DNA from: the human T2T-CHM13v2.0 reference genome, Homo sapiens
Assembly: GCF_009914755.1 (NCBI RefSeq)
Contig: NC_060925.1
Strand: one strand, 5' to 3'
Length of the DNA: 64,000 bases
Shown here one piece after another: positions 39,603-52,567 of this stretch. Each line of letters starts with the position of its first letter. Within the stretch, counting starts at the first letter, position 1. The position numbers and the translations under genes were made by a program. The notes under the pieces are model-generated. The model did not search any database, was not told the DNA's origin, and was given only the letters and a program-made list of their open reading frames with translations.

Positions 39603-40632
39603 CTCTTTCCTCTCTGTCTAAGGGGAATTGGAAAATTGCTGCTGAATAATTTTTCTTGAAAAAGCCAAGTGTTGATATGATGATATATTAATCTTATCTA
39701 TGAACAGAGCTTCACCACAGGCCAAGCAGTAATGTATACAGCTGGCTTTTTAAGCTGTTTGAACACTATTGTTTTCGATTAAAAAGAGTTTTTGTTTGTT
39801 TTTCACTTGTATAGTAAAAGATCATATGAATTAAATACTCGGATATTAATTTTCATTCTTACTAAGTGGCCATGTAAGGCATTGATTTTTTTTAAACTTG
39901 AACAATGCAAGAATCTAGGAATCTCAGAAAGATTTTGCTGTGTTTCTATAGGTAATGAAATCCTGTCAATTAAGGAAAATGCTGTGTGTAATTTGATTTG
40001 GTGGTAGCCTTTATTTAGAGCTCTCTTTGATCTATGTAGCAAAAATACACTAAATTTCTTTTTAATCTTGTACTAAGTACATAATTTCACAAAAATACCT
40101 TGGGCATAAAATACTTACAAAACTGTGAATTAAAATACTCAAGATACTTTCAAAATTTAGTCAAAATGTTGATTCCCAGCCTTTTTCCTACACGTCTATT
40201 TCAAAAGAGTATACTTTTTTCTGACAGCCATTACTGCTTAGTCTGTAATGAAAGCTTTACTGCTTCTATGCTGTGCTCAAGAGAAAACCAACAACGGAAG
40301 CGAAGACTTACTTGCTCCTTCACAGAATTGCAGCAAAGCTCTCTGCTGGGCAATGGTGACAGGAAAGTGTGTAATTGACTTGTTGAAGATAATCATGAGA
40401 CCATCTTAACATTACTTGCCTTATAAGTTAGAAATAGTATGGATATCACTCTTTGTAAATAATAATTTTTGTAAATGTTTTTTGTTCATAATTTTCCCAA
40501 TCACCTATTTCACAAAATCCTGAATATGCAATTATTTATTATGACACGTTACTGCAACTAGGGCTCCCATTCCAGAACAAAGTTTAATTCTATATGTAAG
40601 TTGTTACTGAAATGTGATTTCTTTTTCTGGAA

Positions 40633-40657
40633 AATAAATGAAAAATATGAAAATAAA
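40633..40657 (+). terminator. SGIP1: Probable distal poly(A) signals (two AATAAA)
   Basis: AATAAA at 40633-40638 and 40652-40657, about 1.3 kb before the DYNLT5 first exon. Confidence 0.6.
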
Positions 40658-41971
40658 TTGAATTGTGAATATCTTTTGCTGTCAGCCTCTTAAAATTTTA
40701 CCCGCATTTCTGGAAAACTTCATTCCATGTTTAGGGTAGGGATGGTGGGCCAAAGGTCTGTCAAAGGTCAAGGGTTAAGAGTTAGACAAATTTCAGCTCT
40801 GTGATTTAAATATCGACTTGAGCATGTTACTCAACGATTCTACATTTCCTTATCTTAAAAAAAAATAGAGTAATGTCCCCTATGTCATAGTCACTGAACA
40901 AATTCAATGAGATAATGTTTATTCATCACCTAGCAGTTCCTATCTAGTCCATAGTAGATATTCAATCAACAATCCTTTCCTGTTCTTATCTTTCTGTGAG
41001 TAGAGATTGGGATGGGCAAAAATATCTATTTCTCTTCTTCCAACACTATCCTAACACTGTGCTCCACCGGAATCCCAATGTATTACTGTCAGCTAATGCT
41101 AATTGCAGCAGGACACTCATCAAGAGCCATGCCCTTGGCTAGATGCTTGGAGGCATCTTGTTTCTGCTTCCAATGATTGCCCACTACAGGAGGGTCCCTA
41201 TAGTGTTTATTTTGTTTGCTTTTGGTTTGGGGAGGCCCAAACCAGGCTTAGGCTGGGGATAGTCGCTGAAGAAGAGGAAAAGCCCATTCATACCAGCAGG
41301 TAGGTCCTCAACCCCAAACAGCCTCATTTCAAAGCTTCTTAGACATTAACAGGCTCAGAAGAGTCTTGTTAAGGAAAGCGAAGGAACCCAGCCCGGTTTG
41401 TAACACATTGGAGTTAAGACCATGAGTTTCAGGGGCCGTGGGCATATTATTTAACATTTTAGAATCTCAATTTTCCAAATCCTTTAAAGGGAAAACATTC
41501 CTTTCTTGACAGAGTTATTGGGACGACTAAATCCCAATGTTTGTCGGTATCTGGGGTATCTGGCCAATGTAAGTGCTCATTTACCTCCACATTCCACCGC
41601 CTGTGCCTTGGAGGGGGAACGTGCGAAGCAGCGTTAGGAGCCGGGAAAAGGGCAGGGCTACTTTACTTTGTCTTTGCGCTTCGGATTTCCTGTGCTAGGA
41701 AACCGCAGCACTTCCCACTCCTGCCCCTGATGTCTGCGGGAAAAGGAACTTGATGAGGGGCCCTAGGGGTGCAAATGTCTTTAGTCCCAAATGTCTTCCT
41801 CGCTACACAATGAACCAGTTCCCCTCCAGCTCGCCGCCAACCCAGGACGCAGCCGGGCTCAGAGTGACCCCCAGTGGGCAGTGAAGATGAGATCCTCTAC
41901 ATCCTTAGGGCAGCTCAGAGGGCCACTCAGCGGCCAAGTCCGGCCGGGGAGGGCCGAGGGCTCTGTTTGAG

Positions 41972-41985
41972 GTCACCCTGGAGAC
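41972..41985 (+). promoter_or_regulatory. RFX X-box-like element GTCACCCTGGAGAC
   Basis: Fits the imperfect-palindrome X-box pattern GTYNCY-NN-RGNRAC at the presumed TSS of a Tctex-type dynein light chain gene. Confidence 0.55.
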
Positions 41986-41989
41986 CGGC

Positions 41990-42118
41990 CTCAGAGTCCA
42001 GGGAGAGTGCGCGGGCGGCCGCCGGCTGAATGAAGCCTGGGACGCGGGAGCCGCGCCGCGCGCAGTGTCTGCAGTGCCGGAGGTCTGGGAGGCTCCGGGC
42101 GAAGCCTCCCTGCTGCAG
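41990..42118 (+). other. DYNLT5: DYNLT5 exon 1 (non-coding); start approximate
   Basis: Donor CTGCAG|gtaggg at 42119 inside the CpG island; the next exon carries the ATG. Confidence 0.75.
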
Positions 42119-42565
42119 GTAGGGTCGCCTCTCTCTGCAGCGCGTCTGGACCCCAAAGGAAGGATAGGGGGCAAGGGATCGGCCCTTTGTTGAGAAATGG
42201 CCCTACTTGGCCCCGATCTCTCCGCCACCTTATTCCTCCTCTCCCCAACACATAAGAAAAAATGATCCCAAATTTGGGAACTGAAAGTCGGTCCCAACGG
42301 TTCGTCCCCTGCCCCATTGCATGGCTGGGGGCTGGGCTTCAAGAGTGATGGCCAACGCAGAGCCGGCCAGCAAGGTCATCCCCTGACCCGGGGCGGTCTT
42401 CCTGTGGCTGGCCGCACCCATGAGGACCTCCAGGTCCCAACTCTGGCCTTTCTTGGGGAGGGGGCGGCCTGCAGGGCAGCTTTGGAAACAGCTGAGGCCG
42501 AGATGGGTCTATGTGGCTTTGCAGCAAAACCTGAATGACCCACCTAATCAGGCTGTGTGTCTTTC

Positions 42566-42725
42566 CACACTCATAAACACACTCACCTTCGTACACACGA
42601 ACACAGACACACTTATACACACAGGCACCTGCACACACAGAGATGCACACTCACAGGTACACACTCAAGGACGCTCACACTCACGTGCACACACACACCA
42701 CGCTGCCTGCCTCACCCACACACAG
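42566..42725. repeat. CA-rich low-complexity tract in DYNLT5 intron 1
   Basis: Degenerate cacac repeats; explains the His/Thr-rich spurious ORFs at 42420-42846. Confidence 0.8.
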
Positions 42726-43200
42726 CACCTCTGCTCTGACATTGATGCCACTGGGTTTTAGGGTATGTTCTTGTGTGCCCTACCTACTCAACTGCCAGCT
42801 CCTTGAAGGCATGGATTCTCTTCTATTTTTATGCTTTGGTGTCTAGCACAGTATTTCCTTATCGGGGCTCTCACATTTATAGATTATGAAATAATTTAAA
42901 TGAATACTTAAATTTGTAGGTAGACAATGAGGGCATTATTAGAGTTATAGTCCAAGTTCTGGGAAGTCCATTGCTACTACCAGCTTTTTAACAAGTATTA
43001 GTAGGAAGGAGGGAGTTTTCCAATAAATTATTTATTTAAAAGTTAAGTCCTATTTGCTCTTTACAAACTATGTAAATGTTGCTCGAGAAAACAAAACAAA
43101 CAACAAAAAATCTTTGGGAAAGCAAGGTTAATTTTAATTTTTATTTATTTATTTATTTTCTAGCTCCCTACCCCTAATTTTATTTTTTAAAGTCATGGTG

Positions 43201-43498
<298 letters not shown>

Positions 43499-43499
43499 A

Positions 43500-43803
<304 letters not shown>

Positions 43804-44192
43804 TTAATTAGCAAAGTTGTATTATGGTTACATTTGGGGGGCAATACAAATATTGGTTTCTGATGTAGGATAGCATCTTTCTGCTATACATGCATATCTT
43901 TTGTCAATGACCTCCGTCTTCATCAGCTAAGCATTTTTGCTATAGCTTAATATCTGCTTATGTAAATAATTATACTATTGCATAAATAAGCATTTTCAGA
44001 GTTATCATAGTTCCAGTTTCACTGATCAGAATAACAACAAATTCTATATATTGCTCTTGAGGAAACCCCACTTTCCTGTTCAAAAATGGTAGGAAAACTA
44101 TCTGTGTACTTTGAGATTAGTCCCTGTTATACTAACTAAAATGTTTCCGGATCTTTCTTTTGCTATTTTACAAAAGTCTTCTTCCATAGGTT

Positions 44193-44311
44193 ATGATGAT
44201 GTCAGACAATGCTAAAGGCAGAGCAGCTCATTCATGGAAGAAAAGAGGGAGTATTTCTTCTCTAAGTAATCATGAATTTTGGCGAAAGGAAATTCATGGG
44301 CGCATCAAAGA
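44193..44311 (+). CDS. DYNLT5: DYNLT5 (TCTEX1D1) first coding exon MMMSDNAKGRAAHSWKKRGSISSLSNHEFWRKEIHGRIK(D); exon begins at 44190
   Basis: Acceptor cttccatag|GTT ATG ATG ATG and donor GA|gtgagt; translation matches the TCTEX1D1 N-terminus as recalled. Too short to appear in the ORF track. Confidence 0.93.
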
Positions 44312-47239
44312 GTGAGTAACTGTCTAAAATTGTAAATTCATTTATTGAATAAATAGGTTCGTAATGTTTATTAGGAGAAAAAAACACTTCCTCGGGGACA
44401 TAAAAAGAGATAAAATGGGCAAGTACAAGGTGCAGGTCATCTTTAGGGGCCATATTTAAAAAGAAAGAGAAAGAGAGAAAGCTTAAGTGATATGTTAATC
44501 CTAGCAGCATTTTTGCTATTTCAAAAATCATCCCAAAAAACCCTCTGCTCAAAAGAAACACCACATGCAATGTAAACCAGACACGCTTATATGTCTTTTG
44601 AGTTCTTCTCCTCAATATTTTATAACATAGGTTTTGCATTTTTGTAATCAATACATACATATACAATGTACTTAACATTATTGTATATAATTTTGTCATG
44701 TATTTTCATAGTTTTTTCCATATCCTCTTAAATGACTGCATAATATTTTGTCAATTTATGATTCTGGGTTCCTTAACCATTCTCTAATTATTGGACACTT
44801 TAAGTTTGTTTCCATTTTTTTTCTTTTTTACTATATGTCTGTGCTTGGTCATTTCCCAGAAGAATAATTAGTAGGTCAAAGGGCAATAAGTAGATTTTTT
44901 GGTTCTTGCTACATGTTGCATCTTCTCTCCTAAAGATATACATCAATTTTTAATATTTTCATGGCATTTCCTTTTGACTGCTGTTGGGAAGAAAACAAAA
45001 CAAATTATCGACGTAGCAGTCAATTAATAATAGACTTTCGTTCTTAGTTTCTATAGCTTTGGAGGATGTTGTATATTGAGTATATATTGGGAAGCAGGAG
45101 CTAGGGTGTCCTGCAGAACAGAGAGTAGAAGAACTGGAATAATTAGAATTCTGAAACCAAAATCTTTCTATTCTCAGAGTGTATTAATGCCTACTTGCAA
45201 CTCCACATTCCAGCCCTGGAAGTCTGTGGATTACACACACAATGCCTTTTACAGGTGGGAAACTGACTATAAAGGAGTAGCAATCCCAGCACATGTCAGA
45301 AGTAAAGGTGGGAGAATGATTAATCTTTGTAATTTTTGCTTCTAAACTTTTCTGGCTGCTATTTCCAATAGTTAAGTGCAAGGGTTATTTTTTAAATTAT
45401 TTAAAACTGATTGTTGGCTTAAATTCAACTTACGTTTTCCAAGAAACTATTTAAGTAATAGTCTGACATAAATTACGTACCCATGATATTTTTTTAAATA
45501 CTGTCTCCAAAGATTAAATTGTAATTCCTATTTGCATGACTTTTACTTATCTTTTCCCCTTCAAAACAAATTTGTCATATAGAATCAGAGTGTGGCTACA
45601 TTTGAAGAATTAGAGATCACTCTTTTTAACCTATTATTGATGAATATAAATACATATTAAAAATAAGAATACAAAAATCATATTTATCAACACATTAGGA
45701 TAGATTTTTCACTGACAACTACATTTAAATGATAACTATTTTGGTTTTGGACTCCCAAACAAAACATTTAGAATGGAACCTCTATTTGTACTTTTTTTCT
45801 TAAATAGCAAATGATCAGCTTCCAAGTCCCCTTGCAATGCAGACTATTTAGGAGGCTCCCCCACCCCATGCTAACTTGTATTAATACTTGCTTTCCATTG
45901 GCTTCCTCACTGTCTGGAATTAGACAGTACAAGTTATTCTCCTTCATGAATGAGGCTTCAACTAGTAGAAAAATTCTGAAAGCTTAGTGACTATCAAATA
46001 CAGGCATTGTTTTGAAATTGCAGTGTTTTATGGAAAAACATATAACTTTCATTTGAAAATTACTTTAAAACAATTTTGAAAATATAAATTTCAATAATGT
46101 AAAACATTCTGAAGTTTATTAAGGACTGAATACATTATCTCACTGAATCTCCCCAGCATTAATCCTACTAGGTAGGCATCATTTCTACCACTTTACTATG
46201 AAATAACTAAAGTTTACAGGTCAAGTAACTTGACTTAATGATTAGGATACAGTCCCAAATCCTGACTATGAGATACAAAGTCCACAGACCCCTATCTACT
46301 TCCATAGCACCATCTTCCCCACCATCTTGCGGGCATCATCCCCTCCAGCTATACTCAATTATTCCTCAGTGCTCTATCTGGCCCCCAGCCATTGCCCCAT
46401 GTTGCTTCCCCATGGGGTACCCCGACTCCTTGCCTGCAATGCTCTTCTTACACTATTCCCCTGGCTTTCTTCACTTCTTCCATCAGAATTTCGCTCCATC
46501 TCCACCTTTTTGGGAAGTGCTCTCTAATTACTCATCTATGACCACCTCTACCTCCAGACTGCATTGGATGATCTGCCTTTCTTCTCCTACTGCTTTTGCC
46601 TTCGATATGCACTATATTTGGTGATTTGCTTGTCTATCTCTTTCAACAGACTATGGACTTATTTGTCTTTTTAGCGGTAACCACACTTATAAGGAGGACA
46701 TGAAGAGTAAAGGTAGACCTCCTTGAAAAGCTGCTTCTTATATGTGGTATAAGATCAGCACAGATTTAGCCCTACAGTCTTGGTCTCCATGTCTACAGTC
46801 TTCCACAGTTGTAACTAATGCTTAACAATGATCCCCAGACAGAATAAATATCTGAAATGCCTTCTGAATTACAAAAAGAAGATTAAATTTATATTAAATA
46901 TTATTGTGAACTGTTTTCAAGATTGGGTCTGTTTTTAAGTTATCTTTTCAATTTAATGTAATTTTTATGTTTTATTAAAGAAAAAACAGAAACATCTTAA
47001 GCTGGATCTTATTATCCTAACTGTTAGTGTGTTGGCATATTTCTGTTAGACCTGGACATACATATATCAGACCCATGCTGTCTGAGTCCAGACAGTACAC
47101 TACACAGTGGTCATCATACTCCATCTGTAATTTCAAATTATTTTTTACCTGAACAATTTATAATAATAAGGATGATAATAGCTAACATTTATAGGGCCCT
47201 TGCGATGAACCTTATTTATGTATCATAGAAGCTCCATAA

Positions 47240-47551
47240 TAGGAGTTGGCAAACTATGACCCAAGGGCCTATTCCAATCTGCATCTGTTTTGCTAAATAC
47301 GATTTTTACATAGGTGAAAAAAATCAAAAGGGGAACAGTTTTTTTTGCAGCATGTAAAAATAACAAGAAATTCAAATCTCTATATGCATAAAGTTTATTA
47401 GGACACAGCCATTCCTATTCACTTGTGCGTTGTCTCTGGCCACTTTCGCACTGTAACAGCAGAGTTGAGTAGTTACAATAGAAACCGTAGGGCCTGCAAA
47501 TCCAAAAATATCTGCTATTTGGCCTTTTACAGAAATGTTTGCCAACTCCTG
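47240..47551. mobile_element. MER58-type (hAT-Charlie) non-autonomous DNA transposon
   Basis: 14-bp perfect TIRs aggagttggcaaac / gtttgccaactcct and 8-bp TSD ctccataa / ctctataa; 312 nt. Confidence 0.85.
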
Positions 47552-50079
47552 CTCTATAAAGATAGATGTTATTATCTCCCCCATTCGACAAATGAAGAAG
47601 CAGAAGCTTAGAGACATTGAGGCTCCAAAGCTACAGAATTAACAAGCAGCAAAATGGGCTTTTGTTTATTAGTTGAGTATTTTCATTTCCTGAAAATTGG
47701 CAATCCATGTGTGATTTGCATTAATAAAACTATTCTGTTCATTCACCAGAACCTTCTGTTTCCCGTCCACAGTAAGAGCAGGTCTTTACAATTACATCTT
47801 TCTTATTGGAAGCTCAGACTTTGGCAGACACTGAACAGTGTTTGAACAGATGTGCTTCTCTCATTTCCTTAAAATGGAAACAGAAGCTATGAGGTCAAGT
47901 TACTTTCACAGGATCATGTGACATGATGTCTAGGCTTGTTATCTGTGAGGCCAGGAGTTCCACTAGTAGATTAGGGACAAGGTTGGGGGCTGAACATTCT
48001 CTCCTTTGCCTCAAACCAAAATTACAGTGATGTCATGTTACCAGAACTTTCTGTATGGATCCCACAGCTCCCCGTGTGAACCCACTGATGGCATCTAACA
48101 TACCAGTTAGGCCACACTATATGTATTTCTTCATTTATTCAGGATTTATTAGCTTCTATGTGCCAATTACTGTGCCACATATTAGGCATATAAAGGTGAA
48201 TAACTACAGGTTTCTAATTTAGATAAGTTCATTTTTCAGGGAAACTGAGAGCTGCCTGGTAACTTTTTTCACATTGTCTAGGTCTTGCCAGTAAAAGTGA
48301 CCAAAATGGAAATGATTGCATTCATTACTTCATTTCAACAGTAATGAATTTATTCTATCATTCAATCTATACTACTGTGAGCTGTTTACGGGCAATTGAA
48401 AATGGTGCTGCCAGAACAATTTCTTCATTTTGATACCTGAAGGAGAAGGCTAGAGATTAGAAGATCAGAGTTAGGAGATAAGTTGTATCACCATGTATGT
48501 TAAACTAAAGCCCCCAACAAGACCTACCTGAGATATAGCCTCCCCCAAAAAGAGAAAATAGTTTGGGAAAACTGAAATGGCCATGTTTCCAAATGAAACC
48601 ACAATAACAACTAATATTGTATTGTCATTTTAGGTTATTAAGCCATTTCACATACAATATCTGTGTAAGTTAAACAGACAAGATATTTTTATCCCCATTT
48701 ATGTTTGTAAATGGGGAAATGATAGATTGTGTTGGCAGAAAACTGGCTCATTATAGGGAGGAAAATGAAGCTGGCCTCCTACCTTATATGCTTTGCATAG
48801 GTAAACTCCAGATGGAAGACCAAAATGTGGGAATCTATTAACAAAGCTAAGAGAAGAAAGCACAGGCCCATATCTTTATGTTCTAGGAGTAAGGAAAGAT
48901 TTCTGAAAGAAGATCCCAAAATGAAAACTCACACCATAGAGCAAAATAATTTTTGGATAAATATAACCACAATAAAATCTAGGGCTTCTGCTCAACAAAG
49001 GATACAATAGACATAATTAATAGGCTGGCTGAAGATACATACACGTTTTTTTAAACCCTGTACATTAACAACTTATGCTAGGAAAACAATTTTTAAAATA
49101 GTCAAAGAAGACAGCAATTTTCAGAAACAAAGCCCAAATAGCTAAGCAGAATATGAAGAGGTGCTAAAACTCACTTTCAAGCAGAAAAAATATAAATTAA
49201 AACAAGATACCATTTTGCACCCATCCAAATGGCAAAACAGAAGAAAAGAGAATAATACCAAATGTTGGCAAGGCATGTGAGAGTAAAACCTGATATCGCC
49301 ATTTGGCAAAGAAAGTTAATGGTTTTTAGAAAATACAGGGGTGTGTCTGCTTTATCAGAGTAAGAGCTTACAGAATAATGGCTCACAAAGCCCTACATGA
49401 TCTAGCTACCTGATACCTTTGCAACTTTATCTTCTTTCACTCCTTTTCTTCTTCCTCCCTCTGCTACTTGTCTCTATGCATTTTCTCAAACACACTAGCA
49501 GCCTCCTGTCTCAAAGCATTTGCATGTGCTGTTCTCTCTTCCTAGTATACCTTTCCCTCAGCCATCCATGTGGTTCATTTCCTCACCTCCTTTCTTTGTT
49601 CATGAAGGCCTACCTTGACCACTTCATTTGAAATTGCACATCACATCTTCTCCTCCACCCACTTCCAAACTCCCTTAACCTGCTCTATTTTTTCTCTTCC
49701 CTGAGGCATGTATCACCTTTTATCATAATATATAATTTGCTTGTTTAGTATTTTATTGTCTATTCTCTGTCTTGCCTTACTAAAGTAACAGTTCCATGAG
49801 AGCAGAGACCATAGTTTGTTTTTGTTTTTGTTTTTTTTCCAGTATTGCATCCCAAAGACCTAAAATAGTGCCTGGCATATAATAGTCACTCAGTACATAT
49901 TTTGTGATCATCGAATGAATAATTGTTGCATTTTATCAATTCCTGAGCAAGCAAGTTTCTTTTGCTCACGAACAAGTTAGGTTCACAGGTCCATGCATGT
50001 GTTAAGTCCAGGTTGACTAGGGGCTTTCCTCTTATAGACATAAGATGCATTTACAGCAAATAGAAAAATGCTTGTTCAG

Positions 50080-50340
50080 ATTTTCTTAATGTATACCTTT
50101 ACCTCCATGCTGACACATTCCATTGTGCATCTATTTTTAAAAAACCCAAAAGAACAGTTTCATTTGTGTTGGAAATCTGTTGTAATAGGCCACACTCCTC
50201 CTTGATGATCTCCACAGCTTTGTAGAGGTATTCATGGCACCTGCACTACCAGCATCACCTCTGATGATTGCCCAGCGTGACACAGCTTTGAACCAATGCA
50301 TTTCATCCAAGAGCTGCAACAAAAGTTCATCAGCTATGCT
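50080..50340 (-). mobile_element. Degraded older pogo/Tigger-family transposase fragment
   Basis: Minus-strand translation across frameshifts gives IRGDAGSA and EIIKEECGLLQQISNTNETVL, resembling the Tigger motifs GEAASAD and IIxExGYxxxQIFNxDETGL. Confidence 0.55.
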
Positions 50341-51034
50341 TAACTATCACCTCCCTTGCTCTTGGATGAGCATTAGCTCAACAGGCTTCAGACACTAACT
50401 CTGATCTTCTATCCACATACTTAAAATTGTTGTACTTTGTCAATCACCATTTCTGGATTACCTTCAATTACTCCAGAGCTGCGCTTTTCACAGGTTGCAT
50501 GGTTCATTCTTTATCCTTCAGCATCACTTCTACTCGAAAAAAATATGTTCCACAAGACAGTGTCATTTGTCATGTTCCTGCCTCTTTCATTTTTGAAAAT
50601 TATCTTTTCTTTCCATTATAGCCTTTCTCTTACTAGTAAAATGGAGCAAATAATGTGAGTAAAATACCTAAAAACTACAGGCATACTTTGGCAATATTGC
50701 AGGTTTATTTCCAGACCATTGCAATAAAGTGTATTTTGCAATAAAGGAAGTCACATGAATGTTTTAGTTTTCCAGTGCACATAAAAATTGTTTACACTGT
50801 TCTGTATGTAGTCTATTAAGTATTCAATAGCATTTTATCTAAAGAAAAAATGTACATACCTTAGTATAAAAATCCTTTATTGCTAAAAATGCTAATGATC
50901 ATCTGAACCTTCAGCAAGTTGTCATCTTTTTGCTAGTGGAGGGCCTTGCCTCAGTGTTGACATCTGCTGACTAATCAGGGATATGGTTGCTGAAGGTTGG
51001 GATAGCTGTGGCAATATCATAAAATAAGACAACA

Positions 51035-51351
51035 GGCTGGGCAAAGTGACTCACGCCTATAATTCCAACACTTTGGGGAGCCAAGGCAAGAGGATCACGG
51101 CAGCCAGGGGTTCAAGACCAGCCTGGACAACATAGTGAGACACCCCCTTCCCTACAAACAAATCAGCCAGGCATAGTAGTACCTGCCTGTAGTCCTAGGT
51201 ACTTGGGAGACTGAGGCAGGAGGATCCCTAAGCCTGGGAGGCTGAGGTTGCAGTGAGCTTTGATCATACCACTATACTCCAGCCTGGGCAACAGAGAGAG
51301 ACACTATCTCAAATAAAATAAAAATAAAATGAAATGAAATAATAAAATAAA
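51035..51351 (+). mobile_element. Alu (AluJ-like) nested in Tigger1
   Basis: Diverged Alu dimer with (aaaat)n tail. Confidence 0.88.
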
Positions 51352-51676
51352 TTTTAAAGCTTGCCACATCAATGGACTCTTCCTTTCATGAAAGATTTCC
51401 CTGTAGCATGTGATACTGTTTGATAGCATTTTACCATGGTAGAACTTCTTTCAAAATTAGTCCATTCATCTCAAACCGTGCCACTCCTTTATCAACTAAG
51501 TGTATGTAATATTCTAAATTATTTGTTGTCATTTCAACAGTGTTCACAGCATCTTCACCAGAAGTAGATTCCATCTCAAGAAACCACTTTCTTTGCTCAT
51601 TTGTAAGAAGCAACTCCTCATCTGTTTAAGTTTACCATGAGATTGCAGCAATTCAGCCACATATTCAAGTTCCATT

Positions 51677-51962
51677 TCTTTTTTAACCATTTTAAATTTT
51701 ATGTTTTTTATTGAAAATTTCAATTATGCATATTCATGGGGTACATAGTGATTTTTCCATAAATATAATGTATAGTAATCAGATCACGGTGATTAGCATA
51801 TCCATTATCTCAAACATTTAGTATTTCTTCCTGTTGGGAACATTCAATGTCCTCTTTCTAGCTCTTTGAATCTATGTATTATTTTCATCTATGGTCACCC
51901 TACAGTGGTAAAAACACTAGAATTTATTTCTCCTATCTAGCTATAATTTTGTATCCTTTAAC
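51677..51962 (-). mobile_element. L1MA-type 3' end nested in Tigger1
   Basis: Reverse L1 3' UTR (catggggtacatagtga, tagcatatccattatctcaaacattta); Tigger1 sequence resumes after it. Confidence 0.75.
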
Positions 51963-52236
51963 AGTAAATCAAGTTCTCTTTCTATTTCCACTGCATCTGC
52001 AGTTACTTCCTCCACTGAAGACTTGAACCCGTCAAAGTCATCCCTGAGGGCTAGAATCAACTTCTTCAAAACTCCTGTTAATGTTGACACTTTGACCTCC
52101 TCCCATGAATCATAAATGTTCTCAATGGCTTCTAGAATGGTGAATCCTTTTCAACTTACTTTGCCCAGATCCATCAGAGGAATCCACATCTATGACAGCA
52201 ATAGCCTTACAAAATGAATTTCTTAAATCGTAAGAT

Positions 52237-52567
52237 TTATGGGGTGAAAAGAAGTTGGTGAATACATACAAAAATACAATTAGATAAAATAAGTTCTAGT
52301 ATTCAATAATACAGTAGGGAAATTATAGTTAGCAATAATTTATTATATATTTCAAAATAGCTAGTGGGGGTTAGGGGAAAAAAATAGCTAGAGGAATTTT
52401 AATGTCCCCAACACAAAGAAAAGATAAATGTTTGAGGCAATGGATATCCCAGTTGTCCTGATTTGATCATTACACATTTTGTATGCATGTATCAAAATAT
52501 CACATGTTCCCCATAAAAATGTATCACTATGATACATCAATTAAAAATACAAAAATAAGTAAATAAA
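52237..52567 (+). mobile_element. L1MA-type 3' end nested in Tigger1
   Basis: L1 3' UTR (tttcaaaatagctag, ctgatttgatcattacaca, aaaatatcacatg) with A-rich tail. Confidence 0.75.

Larger units (their letters stand above)
32623..40675 (+). other. SGIP1: SGIP1 3' UTR (short form to ~34.61 kb, probable long form to ~40.67 kb)
   Basis: AT-rich, Alu-free sequence after the stop with several AATAAA/ATTAAA hexamers and TGTAAATA motifs. The long end is inferred from the paired AATAAA at 40633/40652 and my recollection that SGIP1 ends just upstream of DYNLT5. Confidence 0.7.
41600..42500 (+). promoter_or_regulatory. DYNLT5: CpG-rich promoter / CpG island of DYNLT5
   Basis: Abrupt rise in GC and CpG content (gcgcgggcggccgccggc, ccgcgccgcgcgc) around a strong 5' splice site at 42119. 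Confidence 0.85.

Noticed and set aside
41868-41883. CTCF-like motif cccccagtgggcagtg between the two genes
   Set aside because: Two mismatches to the core consensus in a GC-rich region; not supportable without ChIP data.
41905-42846. Cluster of overlapping ORFs up to 145 aa on both strands
   Set aside because: Expected from stop-codon scarcity in a GC-rich island and a CA-rich tract; no recognisable domain.
44262-44699. 145-aa minus-strand ORF overlapping DYNLT5 exon 2
   Set aside because: Low-complexity hydrophobic translation of AT-rich intron, antisense to the real exon.
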